64,000 nt of DNA from NCBI GenBank assembly GCA_030141605.1, contig JAQGDQ010000750.1, positions 1 through 64,000 on the forward strand, given 5' to 3'. The notes under the pieces are model-generated. The model ran no database searches, had not been told where the DNA came from, and saw nothing but the letters and a program-made list of their open reading frames with translations. Every line of letters begins with the position of its first letter. Within the stretch, counting starts at the first letter, position 1. The stretch is from Tubiluchus corallicola. Lineage: Eukaryota > Animalia > Priapulida. Positions 1-13,227 of the stretch are shown here, one piece after another. The position numbers and the translations under genes were made by a program.

Positions 1-272
1 TCTTTTAACAGGAATTTCTACTTAAAAAGTGAGTAGACTTGAGGCCAAAGTGTATGGTTAGTTGAAATTTTCTGCATTAGTCGATTTCACACGAGTGATA
101 CTGTACATTGTTACAGTGCAAACACGCTTTCATCAAAAATCGATTTTTAATTTATCTAAGGTAAGCAAATGCATTTCATATATAATGTGTTGCATGAAAC
201 CTATAAAATTTATCAAATATAATGTGATAGCACATAGTGAAAGCACTTTAAGTAGAAATTCCTGTTAAAAGA
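1..272. mobile_element. MITE-like element with terminal inverted repeats (TIRs); may extend past window start
   Basis: tcttttaacaggaatttctacttaaa at 1 and its reverse complement ending at 272. Confidence 0.6.
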
Positions 273-530
273 TGAAATGACTTTAATTTTTCCATGGCTG
301 ATCGGTTGGTTTTTCCTGGAACTCTGTACGGCAGCCAGTTCTGTTGGCTTGTTGAAAGCGGGCAATCAATAAAATAGTGTGTACGATCACGCAAGTGCAC
401 ACCAGACTAAGCTACTCAATAGGCTACGTTGGACTGCTTGAATTGAGCATGCCTCACTTAATTTTATCCAATTAAATCTTTCATTTTTACTAGAATTTTT
501 GTTGACGGATCAATGATGTTATTTGTTTAG

Positions 531-671
531 ACAGAGAAGGTTAGTCATTTGAACAGCAAGATCAACGAGACGAGGAACGGAATCACGGACTACACGCTCT
601 CCATCGACAAGATGAGGCTTTCTCGTGATGTCAAACTCCACGACATTGAAACATTCCGTGCAAATGCTGAT
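531..671 (+). CDS. ITSN1: Intersectin coiled-coil exon (TEKVSHLNSKINETR...FRANAD), phase 0-0
   Basis: tttag acceptor, gtgagt donor, 47 codons; resembles the ITSN1 coiled-coil segment (KLQDIR...SRELRIAEI). Confidence 0.85.
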
Positions 672-1470
672 GTGAGTAACTGAATGTTGATGTGAGTAAC
701 TGAATGTTGATGTGAGTAATTGAATATTGGTGTGAGTAACTGAATGTTGATGTGAGTAACAGAATGTTGATGTGAGTAACAGAATGCTGATGTGAGTAAC
801 AGAATGTTGATGTGGGTGAACAAATGTTGATGTGAATAACTGAATGTCGATGTGAGTAACTGAGTGTTGATGTGAGTAACAGAATGTTGATGTGAGTGAA
901 TGAATGTTGATGTGAGTGAATGGATGTTGATGTGAGTAACAGAATGTTGATGTGGGTGAACAAATGTTGATGTGAATAACTGAATGTCGATGTGAGTAAC
1001 TGAATGTTGATGTGAGTAACTGAATGTTGATGTGAGTGAATGAATGTTGATGTGAGTGAATGAATGTTGATGTGAGTAACAGAATGTTGATGTGAGTAAC
1101 AGAATGTTGATGTGTGTGAACGAATGTTGATGTGAGTAACTGAATGTGGATGTGGGTGAACAAATGTTGATGTGAATAACTGAATGTCGATGTGAGTAAC
1201 TGAATGTCGATGTGAGTGAATAAACATTGGTGCATGAGAATAATTATGATATGAGCGAATAAACATCCTGTGAATTTATAGTGTTCACCGATGTGAGTAC
1301 ATAAATGCCAATGTGAGTGAATAAGCACCAATGTGAGTGAATAAATGTCGATGTGAGTATATAAATATCAGCGTGAGTGAATAAACGACAGTGTGAGCGA
1401 ATAAATTTCAACGTGAGTGAATAAACATCAGTGTGACGGAATGAATGTTGATGTAAGTGAATAAGCACTG
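662..1470. repeat. 20-bp minisatellite (gatgtgagtaactgaatgtt) starting at an exon donor
   Basis: period 20, degenerating towards the 3' end. Confidence 0.95.
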
Positions 1471-1675
1471 ATACAAGTCTATAAACGTGAGTAAATAAAT
1501 GTTAAGCAAATAAATATGAGTGTGAGTGAATAATGCAAATAAGTATTCATTGACGCGTGTGAATTGCACAGTGACAAAGCTTTATTATACAAATCTGCTC
1601 GGTGCAAGCCACTATCAACATTCAACAGCACCACCTGTTGGCGAGTGAATAACAGTAATTTTGTTTTTGTCACAG

Positions 1676-1763
1676 GAATATAACTCAACGTTGACGAGGC
1701 TGCATTCTGAAAAGAAACAGCTGGAAACGAAACTGAAAGAAAATGAGCCGAGTAATCCGGTCG
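1676..1763 (+). CDS. ITSN1: Intersectin coiled-coil exon (EYNSTLTRLHSEKKQLETKLKE...), phase 0-1
   Basis: cacag acceptor, gtaggt donor; resembles ITSN1 LGRLIPEKQILNDQLKQ. Confidence 0.85.
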
Positions 1764-2134
1764 GTAGGTGTAACTCCATCCGGAAAGTTTGCAACTAATG
1801 CATTTTGAGAGACAAAAATTGTTTTGAATTATAAATGGCTTCGAGAGTTGGGTAACTGAAGAACCCTGGGAAAGTGCGCAATCACCAGTTTCCAGGAGTC
1901 GGTCTTGTAAAAATTTGTTGTGGTATTTTAATTAGGGCTGACACGACGTACAGACTGGTAGTGGTTAGCTAACCAGGTTCACTGTCTAGACCCCCTACTG
2001 GCGCTATATACTTGTGAGGACTAATAAAAGGCGTGACTACTTTAACCGCTCCACTGCCACGCTATTTGTGTTCTTGCTGGCCCAGGTGAATGTTACAAAA
2101 AAAAACCTTGAGTTGCTACTGCTCCACATGCTAC

Positions 2135-2400
2135 TAGGGCCGATTTAGCCTAGGCGAGGCCAGGGGAAGTGGGGCATGTGAGGCCTCATTGGGGGTGGGG
2201 CGATGTGCTGGGGGGCGGGCGCCATCATTGTTGGCGCCCAGAAAATTTTTGAACAGCTAGAACGCCGGAGAAGCATTTTCGAACAGAAAATATGGGGTTA
2301 TACAGTTGTTAAAGGAAAAAACAATTGAAAGAAAAACTGCTTTTTATTCTCAAGACCAGTCCTTAATACTTGTCAATACTGGCAAAAGGCACGCGTGCGG

Positions 2401-2446
<46 letters not shown>

Positions 2447-2557
2447 GAGGCAGTATGTTCACATAAAGCAAAAAAAATGTTACCTTGGCGCGAGACCCCC
2501 CTGGAGGGTGAGGCCCCGAGGAAGTATCCCCACTTCCCCCCCTTGAAATAGGGCCTG
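2135..2557. mobile_element. hAT-like MITE containing (GA)n
   Basis: imperfect TIR tagggccgattt/aaatagggcctg with 8-bp TSD CATGCTAC. Confidence 0.65.
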
Positions 2558-2784
2558 CATGCTACTACATTCTTTGCTGCATCTCTATCAGGTTTACTGA
2601 CACAAATATCAACGCCACCATCATGGCTGTTAATTGATACCCCATTAATTTTCATTGCTGTTACCACTGCTCTTGTCCACCACCACTAGCATGGGTGCCG
2701 CCATTTTCTTCACATCATTTCACAGATTTTTGTTTTGTTTTGTATAATTCAAAACATCTCACAAAATATGGGGTAGACAACTTA

Positions 2785-4690
2785 GCAGACTGCAAAAAAA
2801 CACACAAGACTGCAGATTAACACAGAAGACTGCAGAAAAACAGCAGACTGCGAAAAAACACAGTAGACTGCAAAAAACACAGCAGACTGCAAACAAACAC
2901 AGCAGACTGCAAATTAACACAGAAGACTGCAAAAAACACAGCAGACTGCAAATTAACACAGAAGACTGCAAAAAACACAGCAGACTGCGAAAAAACACAG
3001 AAGACTGCAAAAAACACAGCAGACTGCAAAAAAACACAGCAGACTGCAAAAAACACAGAAGACTGCAAAAAACACAGCAGACTGCAAAAAACACAGCAGA
3101 CTGCAAAAAAAACAGAATACTGCAAAAACACAGCAGACTGCGAAAAAACACAGAAGACTGCAAAAAACACAGCAGACTGCAAAAAAACACAGAAGACTGC
3201 AAAAAAACACAGAAGACTGCAAAAAGCACAGAAGACTGCAAAAAAACACAGAAGACTGCAAAAAAACACAGAAGACTGCAAAAAACACAGCAGACTGCAA
3301 AAAACACAGCAGACTGCAAAAAACACAGCAGACTGCAAAAAAACAGAAGACTGCAAAAAAACAGCTGACTGCAAAAAACACAGAAGACTGCAAAAAACAC
3401 AGCAGACTGCAAAAAACACAGCAGACTGCAAAAAAACAATACTGCAAAAAACACAGCAGACTGCAAAAAAACAGAATACTGCAAAAAACACAGCAGACGG
3501 CAAAAAACACAGTAGACTGCAAAATAAACACAGCAGACTGCAAAAAACAAAGCAGACTGCAAATTAACACAGAAGACTGCAGAAAAACAGCAGACTGCAA
3601 AAAAACACAGCAGACTGCAAAAAAACACAGAAGACTGCAAAAAACACAGAAGACTGCAAAAAAACACAGCAGACTGCAAAAAACACAGAAGACTGCAAAA
3701 AACACAGCAGACTGCAAAAAAACACAGCAGACTGCAAAAAAAACAGAATACTGCAAAAAACACAGCAGACTGCGAAAAAACACAGAAGACTGCAAAAAAC
3801 ACAGCAGACTGCAAAAAAACACAGAAGACTGCAAAAAAACACAGAAGACTGCAAAAAACACAGAAGACTGCAAAAAAACAGCTGACTGCAAAAAACACAG
3901 AAGACTGCAAAAAACACAGAAGACTGCAAAAAACACAGCAGACTGCAAAAAAAACAACAGAATACTGCAAAAAACACAGCAGACTGCAAAAAAACAGAAG
4001 ACTGCAAAAAAACAGCTGACTGCAAAAAACACAGAAGATTGCAAAAAACACAGCAGACTGCAAAAAACACAGCAGACTGCAAAAAAACAATACTGCAAAA
4101 AACACAGCAGACTGCAAAAAAACAGAATACTGCAAAAAACACAGCAGACGGCAAAAAACACAGTAGACTGCAAAATAAACACAGCAGACTGCAAAAAACA
4201 AAGCAGACTGCAAATTAACACAGAAGACTGCAGAAAAACAGCAGACTGCAAAAAAACACAGCAGACTGCAAACAAACACAGCAGACTGCAAACAAACACA
4301 GCAGACTGCAAAAAAACACAGCAGACTGCAAAAAAACACAGAAGACTGCAAAAAACACAGAAGACTGCAAAAAAACAGCTGACTGCAAAAAACACAGAAG
4401 ACTGCAAAAAAACACAGCAGACTGCAAAAAACACAGCAGACTGCAAAAAAACAGAATACTGCAAAATACACAGCAGACTGCAAAAAAACAATACTGCAAA
4501 AAACACAGCAGACTGCAAAAAAACAGAATACTGCAAAAAACACAGCAGACGGCAAAAAACACAGTAGACTGGAAAAAAACACAGCAGACTGCAAAAAACA
4601 AAGAAGACTGCAAAAAAACAGCAGACTGCGAAAAAACACAGAAAACTGCAAAAAAACACAGCAGACTGCAAAAAACACAGCAGACTGCAA
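2785..4690. repeat. Minisatellite of about 20 bp (acacagcagactgcaaaaa)
   Basis: 1.9-kb array with higher-order duplications. Confidence 0.97.
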
Positions 4691-5016
4691 CGCACAAGCG
4701 GTAAAAATGGCAGTGTTTTCTGCAAGTTTCGTCCATGTTTTCGGCTATATGCATTTCCTGATCTGCATGTTAACTTTTTTGTCAACAGAGGGCAGCGCCG
4801 CTGTTTATTTTGAGTATCAAGTGTGCCTGATAGGTGCCGGTATGATTGCTGCTGGTGTACGCATCACTTAATTTCCTTATTAGGCATGATGGTCAGTCTC
4901 GTCGTACAGGGCAGTCAGAACAGCATTTTCATGATGGCAGATTCTCTTCATACGGGCAGTAAAGTGGTTAATGTACGTCGCTACAGCTGCCTACTACTTT
5001 TCTATTTACTATTTAA

Positions 5017-6208
5017 AGAAGACAGGGTGATTTTTCATATACAGGTTTTACACGTCAAATGTAGACACGGGAAAGTTCAAATGTGACTTAGGTAAGTCAA
5101 ATGTAGACACAGGAAAGTTCGAATGTGTTTTGGTAACTCAAATGTGACTTAGGTAAGTCAAATGTAGATGCATTACTTTGAATAAATGGGTAATTAAGTT
5201 ATTTAAGTGCAAATTAGAAAAAGATAAACCAAAGTTAGTGCATCTATTAGTAAGCCTATAACGTTGTTATTTTAACTTGGGAGCAATTATTAAATTGAAA
5301 TTAAAGAAGATTAAATTTAACATCCTTAAACTTTACCACCTATCCACATTTGAGTTACCAAGACACATCTGAATTACCTAAATCTACATTTGAGTTACCA
5401 AGACACATTTGAATTACCTAAATCTACATTTGAGTTACCAAGACACATTTGAATTACCTAAATCTACATTTGAGTTACCAAGACACATTTGAATTACCTA
5501 AGTCTACATTTGAGTTACCAAGACACATTTGAACTACCTAAGTCTACATTTGAGTTACCAAGACACATTTGAATTACCTAAATCTACATTTGACTTAACG
5601 TAGGTCTACATTTGACATGTAAAACCTATACTATCCCATTTTCAAGTTAGATAAAAAGTATACATTTTAACACAGTTAGTATAGCAAAAGCATTTCTGAT
5701 GATTAAATAATAGATTAAAAACTTAATTAACAGCGGGCGAGCTCAACTATTGATGACTTCACAAACTAACTTAAGTTGCAACGGGAAAAATATTCCACGA
5801 ACGTGTTGCACGTGTTTGTGAAAACGAAAATTGAAGTACAGTACTATAAGATATTCAGTGTGTTGTACTAAAACTAGACAAGTTTTAAGATAAAAATTCA
5901 AATTTCAAATATACTGTTATGCTAGGGCATGAGGTGTCAAACGTGTGTAGTTCATCAGTGACTAATACAGCTGAACTGAAAGGCACAGTACCTGTTTTTG
6001 TGCAATGGGTTTCAGAAATACAGGCGCTAGTGCCCATCTAACTAGCGAATGGCGAAATGCACGTAACAGTGAAGAACTAGTGACGCGAATGTGAAATTGT
6101 AATAATTCTTTCATGTAAGTCATTTTTGAAAAAATTGTGTGTTTCCTTTCAACGTTTTAACGAGTAGATTGTCTTGACCTACAGTTTAAGATTGTGTCCG
6201 GTTTTGCT
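5017..6208 (+). mobile_element. TTAA-flanked (Kolobok-like) non-autonomous element interrupted by a nested MITE
   Basis: homologous to uninterrupted copy 56675-57265; TTAA on both sides. Confidence 0.7.
5042..5628. mobile_element. Nested MITE with about 25-bp TIRs and internal 40-bp tandem repeats
   Basis: aggttttacacgtcaaatgtagac / gtctacatttgacatgtaaaacct; absent from the paralogous host copy. Confidence 0.72.
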
Positions 6209-6301
6209 TTAATTGCCAATGGAGCGTATTCACGAGCGCAAGCCTCAGCCATTTTTATACCTGCCAAAATGCGTTTTTGCATCCATATGTTTTATTTCTA
6301 G

Positions 6302-6441
6302 CCGAAGATCTGAAGATAGTACAGCACAACATCTCGACAAAAAGGCAAATCTTATCTCAGCTTAATGAACGGAAGCAGAATTTGCAGTCGGACAAGAATA
6401 AAATCAAAACTGACGTGCAATCAACTAATGCTCAGATATTG
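6302..6441 (+). CDS. ITSN1: Intersectin coiled-coil exon (EDLKIVQHNISTKRQ...NAQIL), phase 1-0
   Basis: ttctag acceptor, gtgagt donor, heptad pattern, phase matches neighbours. Confidence 0.88.
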
Positions 6442-6529
6442 GTGAGTCCCGCCCTTTAACTTGAGGCAGATCAGCTTCTTTGTGCTAAACGTGTTTTAGT
6501 GCTTTGCATTTTTTCACTTGTTGACCCTC

Positions 6530-6858
6530 GACAACAAGACGGCTATGACAACAACAAGACAGCTATGATGACAACAAGACAGCTATGATGGCAACAAGAC
6601 AGCTATGATGACAACAAGACAGCTATGACGACAACAAGACAGCTATGACGACAACAAGACAGCTATGACGACAACAAGATGGCTATGACAACAACAAGAC
6701 GGCTATGACGGCAACAAGATGGCTATGACGACAACAAGACGGCTATGACGACAACAAGACGGCTATGACGGCAACAAGACGGCTATGACGGCAACAAGAC
6801 GGCTATGACGACAACAAGACGGCTATGACGACAACAACACAGCTATGACGGTGACGAC
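6530..6858. repeat. Minisatellite of about 20 bp (acaacaagacggctatgacg)
   Basis: tandem copies. Confidence 0.93.
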
Positions 6859-7329
6859 AAGCCGGGAATTAGTGTATCAACTGCTGAAATGTGACAAGAT
6901 CTGAAAACGCTGTACCTTAGTCTGCAGAACAGTGACTATTCGAACATTGTTGTGTGTTGTTTGTTGTTTATTGTTTTTTGATAGTTGGGTATTTTAAATT
7001 GTGCATGAAACAAGATAATTGATATTTTAAGTCCATTTAGAGGCTCTCTATGGTCACAAAATTGCAATTTCTTGCTGGCTTCAATGGGGTTTTGCCTGTT
7101 TCAGAGTTTTTTGCAATTTGTCATTCTCATCCCTGAATAAATACATTTAGCTTCTTTGTAGGTCACTTCTTTACTCTTCAGTAACTTTTATTTCTTTGAA
7201 TTATTTTGTTTATTTTTGGTTTTTTATGCGACTTTCTTATGATAACTGTATTTGCAGTGTCGATTCTAACTAAATGCTGGTAGTGACATTACTAAATAGC
7301 TGTCTAAATTAACTCTTTACTGTGTGCAG

Positions 7330-7520
7330 GGGATGAAAGAGAAGCTGATGACAATTATGGAATCTCACAAACAGATGCAAAAAGATCTTCTTGAGAAACA
7401 GAAGGCCGTAGCGGCTTTGAAAGCAAGCGAGACCGCAACCGTTAAAGCCAACGACGTCAGCGTTCCTCCCCCATCAATAGATACGACCGCATTCAAGGCC
7501 GAGCTGGAAAAGAAGCTCGC
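7330..7520 (+). CDS. ITSN1: Intersectin exon (GMKEKLMTIMESHKQMQK...AELEKKLA), phase 0-2
   Basis: tgcag acceptor, gtaagt donor, open frame, coiled-coil composition. Confidence 0.85.
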
Positions 7521-8348
7521 GTAAGTATAGCGTCACCATACAGGGTGGTGCAAAACGTTTTGCTAGGGGAGTACAACATCAACTGGTACAGCTCGCGTAA
7601 GTATAGCGTCACCATACAGGGTGGTGCAAAACGTTTTGCTAGGGGAGTACAACATCAACTGGTAAAGCTCGCGTAAGTATAGCGTCACCATACAGGGTGG
7701 TGCAAAACGTTTTGCTAGGGGAGTACAACATCAACTGGTAAAGCTCGCGTAAGTATAGCGTCACCATACAGGGTGGTGCAAAACGTTTTGCTAGGGGAGT
7801 ACAACATCAACTGGTAAAGCTCGCGTAAGTATAGCGTCACCATACAGGGTGGTGCAAAACGTTTTGCTAGGGGAGTACAACATCAACTGGTAAAGCTCGC
7901 GTAAGTATAGTGTCACCATACAGGGTGGTACAAAACGTTTTGCTAGGGGAGTACAACATCAACTGGTAAAGCTCGCGTAAGTATAGCGTCACCATACAGG
8001 GTGGTACAAAACGTTTTGCTAGGGGAGTACAACATCAACTGGTAAAGCTCGCGTAAGTATAGCGTCACCATACAGGGTGGTGCAAAACGTTTTGCTAGGG
8101 GAGTACAACATCAACTGGTAAAGCTCGCGTAAGTATAGCGTCACCATACAGGGTGGTGCAAAACGTTTTGCTAGGGGAGTACAACATCAACTGGTAAAGC
8201 TCGCGTAAGTATAGCGTCACCATACAGGGTGGTGCAAAACGTTTTGCTAGGGGAGTACAACATCAACTGGTAAAGCTCGCGTAAGTATAGCGTCACCATA
8301 CAGGGTGATACAAAACGTTTTGCTAGGGGAGTACAACATCAACTGGTA
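7513..8348. repeat. 76-bp tandem repeat x11 spanning an exon donor
   Basis: gtaagtatag at 7521 and every 76 bp to 8281. Confidence 0.97.
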
Positions 8349-8656
8349 ACAATACAGAACAATTCATTACAGTAAACTCAGCCTAACTCTAAATCGCATA
8401 AGTCAGCGAAACGGAAATCCTTCGTTTTTCCCACAAAAAACATCTCTTCGCTCAAAATATATAACTCAAAATTTCTCCCAACTCAAATAAAAAATTATGA
8501 TCCATTTAATAAAAATACATGTAATTAGTTTGTTTATCTCAAAAACGTAATTTATACTCTAAAAAAGTGGTTTCGTACAACTCAAAAACAGTATCGTCTT
8601 CCCAGAATATTCTGATGTCTTACAAGTTGCGCCTCCCCCCCCCCCCAATTATTTTC

Positions 8657-9359
8657 TCCGGGATTGATCTTTTCGGGAAAGTCTCAGTCAGCTACTATGT
8701 ACAGTAACGCTCTGCTGAGGAAGATCTTTCCGGGAAAGTCTCACTCAGCTACTATGTACAGTAACACTCTGCTGAGGAAGATCTTTCCGGGAAAGTCTCA
8801 CTCAGCTACTATGTACAGTAACACTCTGCTGAGGAAGATCTTTCCGGGAAAGTCTCACTCAGCTACTATGTACAGTAACACTCTGCTGAGGAAGATCTTT
8901 CCGGGAAAGTCTCAGTCAGCTACTATGTACAGTAACAGTCTGCTGAGGAAGATCTTTCCGGGAAAGTCTCACTCAGCTACTATGTACAGTAACACTCTGC
9001 TGAGGAAGATCTTTCCGGGAAAGTCTCAGTCAGCTACTATGTACAGTAACACTCTGCTGAGGAAGATCTTTCCGGGAAAGTCTCAGTCAGCTACTATGTA
9101 CAGTAACAGTCTGCTGAGGAAGATCTTTCCGGGAAAGTCTCACTCAGCTACTATGTACAGTAACACTCTCCTGAGGAAGATCTTTCCGGGAAAGTCTCAG
9201 TCAGCTACTATGTACAGTAACACTCTGCTGAGGAAGATCTTTCCGGGAAAGTCTCACTCAGCTACTATGTACAGTAACACTCTCCTGAGGAAGATCTTTC
9301 CGGGAAAGTCTCAGTCAGCTACTATGTACAGTAACACTCTGCTGAGGAAGATCTTTCCA
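8657..9359. repeat. 57-bp tandem repeat, about 12 copies
   Basis: gatctttccgggaaagtctc... unit. Confidence 0.96.
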
Positions 9360-9470
9360 GATGTGTTCAAAATGTGTAACGTATGATTGCGCACCTCTCT
9401 GCTTGCAAACTGAGTTCCAGATTACAAATGACTCTAATATTATGCATTGTTTTTATTTTGACGAAATTAG

Positions 9471-9574
9471 TCAGCAACAGGTGCCTGCAGCGGTGACCAA
9501 TGACAGTTGGGCAAATGCGGCGTTTGACGAAAGCGGCTGGAAACCCAAAGAACCGGAACTGCCGTCCGGGAAAG
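9471..9574 (+). CDS. ITSN1: Intersectin linker exon (QQQVPAAVTNDSWANAAFDESGWKPKEPELPSGK), phase 2-1
   Basis: ttag acceptor, aag|gtagcg donor; supplies the required phase 2 to 1 bridge. Confidence 0.78.
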
Positions 9575-9754
9575 GTAGCGCCGGTGTTAATCTACAATCT
9601 GTTACGTTCAACTTGTTTGTTTAGTACTGTTTTGTTTTTTTGTTTGTTTGTTTGTTTGTTTGTTTGTTTTGTTTTGTTTGTTTGTAAGGCAAAGATTGCT
9701 CGTGCAAGCACTGAGAGCATATATCATTAGTTGTGTGGTTATATCGTACTAGTG

Positions 9755-10241
9755 CAGGGGTGTGCAAATTGCGGCCCGCTGGCCAAGAGAATTTGTGCGG
9801 CCCGCAAAAAGATTTGTTAGCCTAATGAAAGTGCGGCCCGGGCGATTAATTGAGTTTATCCAGCTCAAGTCTGTGCCACGATCACAAAGATAGTACGGGT
9901 AGTTTTTTCTACTAGATCGGATGCCATTAACCCTTTACAAGACTGTTGTCACTTAATGTCACTGTACTACACAGACTGTGTGATACACATTACTAATATG
10001 CATTGTAATGAAATTACCACTATCTGTCCTGAAAGTAGAAATATATGGTTTGTAATATAAATTTTAATAACTTCTAAAATAGTTTCTTGAGTTTAGTAGT
10101 AATGATGTACGCGGGTCGGATGCAAAAAAATCATTATTAGGCCTTTCTGTACTTGGCTTCTTCATCAAACTGGCTGTGACCCGCAGGAATTGCGGGAAAG
10201 TTTAATGTGGCCCGGCTAGTCAGATAAGTTGCACACCCCTG
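9755..10241 (-). mobile_element. hAT (Charlie-like) MITE, copy 1
   Basis: TIR CAGGGGTGTGCAA, 8-bp TSD TACTAGTG. Confidence 0.9.
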
Positions 10242-11058
10242 TACTAGTGGCTAAATTATGTTTTGACGTCGTAAATGAACTCGTGTCGCGGCGCGTTCGG
10301 ACACGTTCGGACCAGCGAGTTTTTTTCTCACAAGTTTTCTCTCTGATAGCAAACACACAAGCGTCAACTGCTTTGAGACTGCCAAGATGGCTGTTCAATT
10401 CTTATCATTTTTGAGGTGGATTTAACAATGTGATCAAGAACGTTACGATCTCCCTGCGTGGTAGCGCCATACCAAACAGTGGCGGATGTTGTTACGACTT
10501 TTTCAATTACTGCACGATAAAAATGCTCCGTCACAGCAGGCAATGTTAAATGATTCGAGTTGTCTTACAAAGTACAAACTCCATATATTCCTTGTATAGT
10601 AAGAATGTAAACTTCCGTAAGTTAATTCTGATGAATAACTTTAAAGCCAAGTGAATCACTACTGTCATCACTGATTAACTATGTAATTATCTCAATGCAT
10701 ATGGTAGTATAAGAGTGTTGGCAGGAAGTAGATCCTTGGGGAAAACCTGTCTGGTTCATGAAATGGTTGGAACAGGTTTTTTCCTCATGTTATAACAATT
10801 TCTAACATGTTTATAAGTAAATTGTAGCCAAAATGTGCACAGATAAAGGAATTAGTACTGACACTTATGACTATAACTCAATATGACACATTTATTATTG
10901 TATTTCAACATGTTGTCTAACATTTTACAATTGTTGTAAATAAGTAATTGTATCATCTTGTTTTAATCAGTCGTTCTTTGATTTTATTTATTTCTAGCTG
11001 AGAATTAAAGTGAAGATCAACAAAATGCTAATAATATTATTTTCGTGAACTTCAATTA

Positions 11059-11518
11059 CCGTATATACTCGCACATAAGCCGAATTTAGAACTATAAAAT
11101 ACAATACTGAAATCAGGGGGTCGACTTATATGCGCATGAAACAAAATGAACACAAGGACAGACACTAATGCCAATTTTCCAGCCACGCATTTTCATCGCT
11201 ATCTGACTCTTTATTTGGTTGTGTGTCAACAGTGGTGTATTGGAGGGGGATCGTGGGGATCGCCGTCCACCCACTTTTTTTTTAGAAAAAATTCACATTT
11301 CAATAAATGTCTGCTTTTTGTATTCATTAGATAAAAAATATTAAAAATGTATAAATATATGTGACAAAAAGGGATCAATTTTTTTGATTGGGTATGGAGT
11401 CAAATTAGACAAGTTGATGGTCGGCTTATATACAGGTTTTTGCAAAAACTGGCCATTTTAAAGCAGTTTTAGGGGGTCGGCTTATATTCGATGTAGGCTT
11501 ATATGCGAGTATATACGG
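11059..11518. mobile_element. Tc1/mariner-pogo type MITE
   Basis: TIR CCGTATATACTCGCA, TA TSD. Confidence 0.8.
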
Positions 11519-12312
11519 TAGATAGAAAAAACTTTCAGTGTAATAGCTTAAAAATTCCTAAAATTCCTAACTTTCATCTACCCCCGTCCCTGACTCCATA
11601 AAACGATTAAGAATGAAATTTTTTTTTAAAAATTATGTAATGTAATACGTGTTATGTTAGTTTTGTAATGTCAAATGTATAAATAGTGTAAATGTAATGA
11701 GTGAAATTTATGTAATGTAAAGCATGTTTCTGTTAATTGTGTCATGTCAAATGTATATATAGTGTAAAATATATCATGTAAAATTTAATGTACTATTGTA
11801 GTATTGTTTTGTAAAAATATTTTAATATGGTGTTTGTAAATATGTTCATTTATTGTACCATAATTAGGCCTTAGTTTTGTACTTTAGTTTTTCTTAGTCT
11901 GCACTGGACGCATTGGTCTTGAACAGTGTTGTTATCTTAACATTACGCTGAGGCTTACTCAATTCTATTATAATGAGTGAACCATTTTAATGACAAATAA
12001 TGAATTAATAATAATAATAAAGTTTAGGATCAAACAAGAAATAACTAGACACTTTTACAAGTTCATGACATAGTGTCGAAGAGCACTGTGCCGCTAGACA
12101 AGTTTGCAACTTGGCAAATTAATTATGTTTTTTTGTTTTTCTGCATCATTATTCCTGCTCTCACCTTTTTATTGTTGTTTCTTACCTGAGTGGTGGTTGA
12201 CTGTGTTTGGTGCGAAGTGTTCAAAAGAATTAGGTACTATGCATAAAATGTATCCATAAATGTACCTTGGATCATGTTTAAAATGCCTCCATAAGGACTC
12301 GAGGAGTTAGTA

Positions 12313-12795
12313 CAGGGGTGTGCAAATTATCTGACTAGCCGGGCCACATTAAACTTTCCCGCAATTCCTGCGGGCCACAGGCAGTTTGATCAAGGAGCCA
12401 AATACAGAAAGGTCTAATAATGATTTTTTTTGCATCCGATCTGCGTACATCATTACTACTGCACTCAAGAAACTATTTTAGAAGTTATTAAAATTTATAT
12501 TACAAACCATATATTTCTACTTTCAGGACAGATAGTGGTAATTTCATTGCAATGCATATTAGTAATGTGTATCACACAGTCTGTGTAGTACAGTGACATT
12601 AAACTACAACCGTCTTGTAAGGGTTAACGGCATCCGATCTAGTAGAAAAAACTATCTGCACTATCTTTGGGATCATGGCATCGACTTCAGCTGGATACAC
12701 CCAATTAATCGCCCGGGCCACACTTTCATTAGGTTGACAAATCTCTTCGCGGGCTGCACAAATTCTCTCGGCGGGCCACAATTTGCACACCCCTG
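12313..12795 (+). mobile_element. hAT (Charlie-like) MITE, copy 2
   Basis: same TIR, 8-bp TSD AGTTAGTA. Confidence 0.9.
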
Positions 12796-12860
12796 AGTTA
12801 GTACATTGAGGAGTGTATTTTAACTCTTTACCATATGTGCTATATACCTGTGTTCTACAG

Positions 12861-13070
12861 GTGCTGATGTTTGGGAAGATGCTTTTGACGCGCAAAAGAA
12901 TGGACTCGACTCGGACCCGTGGGGTGCCAGCAAATTACCAACGTACGATGAGGTGCCCTCCGAAAAACCTGCTGACGAGGGAGGGGATGTAGATCCGTGG
13001 GGAGCGACAAGTGCCCAGGGTGCAGAAACGGGACGTCCCACGTACGACGAGGTGCCTGCAGATCAGAACG
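12861..13070 (+). CDS. ITSN1: Intersectin insert exon with 2x DPW and 2x YDEVP, phase 1-1 (210 nt)
   Basis: ctacag acceptor, g|gtagta donor, GC-rich open frame ADVWEDAF..DPW..PTYDEVP..DPW..PTYDEVPADQN. Confidence 0.82.
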
Positions 13071-13227
13071 GTAGTACTGCTTGTTAAAACATCGTGTTGA
13101 TTGGTTGTTTTTCTGCATGTTCTGTAAATTATGTTGTCGTGTCATCCTGCGATGCTTTTATGTATGTTTGCTACCAAGCTAAACATAGTTTCAAAATTGA
13201 TTACAAATTTGAATGGTACGTAATGTC

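Noticed and set aside
519-1468. His-rich minus-strand ORFs
   Set aside because: Antisense reading of the 20-bp repeat plus an intersectin exon.
2759-4785. 643-aa and 610-aa Cys/Phe-rich ORFs on the minus strand
   Set aside because: Translations of a stop-poor minisatellite open in several frames; no coding signature.
8664-9386. 240-aa repetitive ORF
   Set aside because: 57-bp tandem repeat (multiple of 3), no proper start or fitting splice sites.
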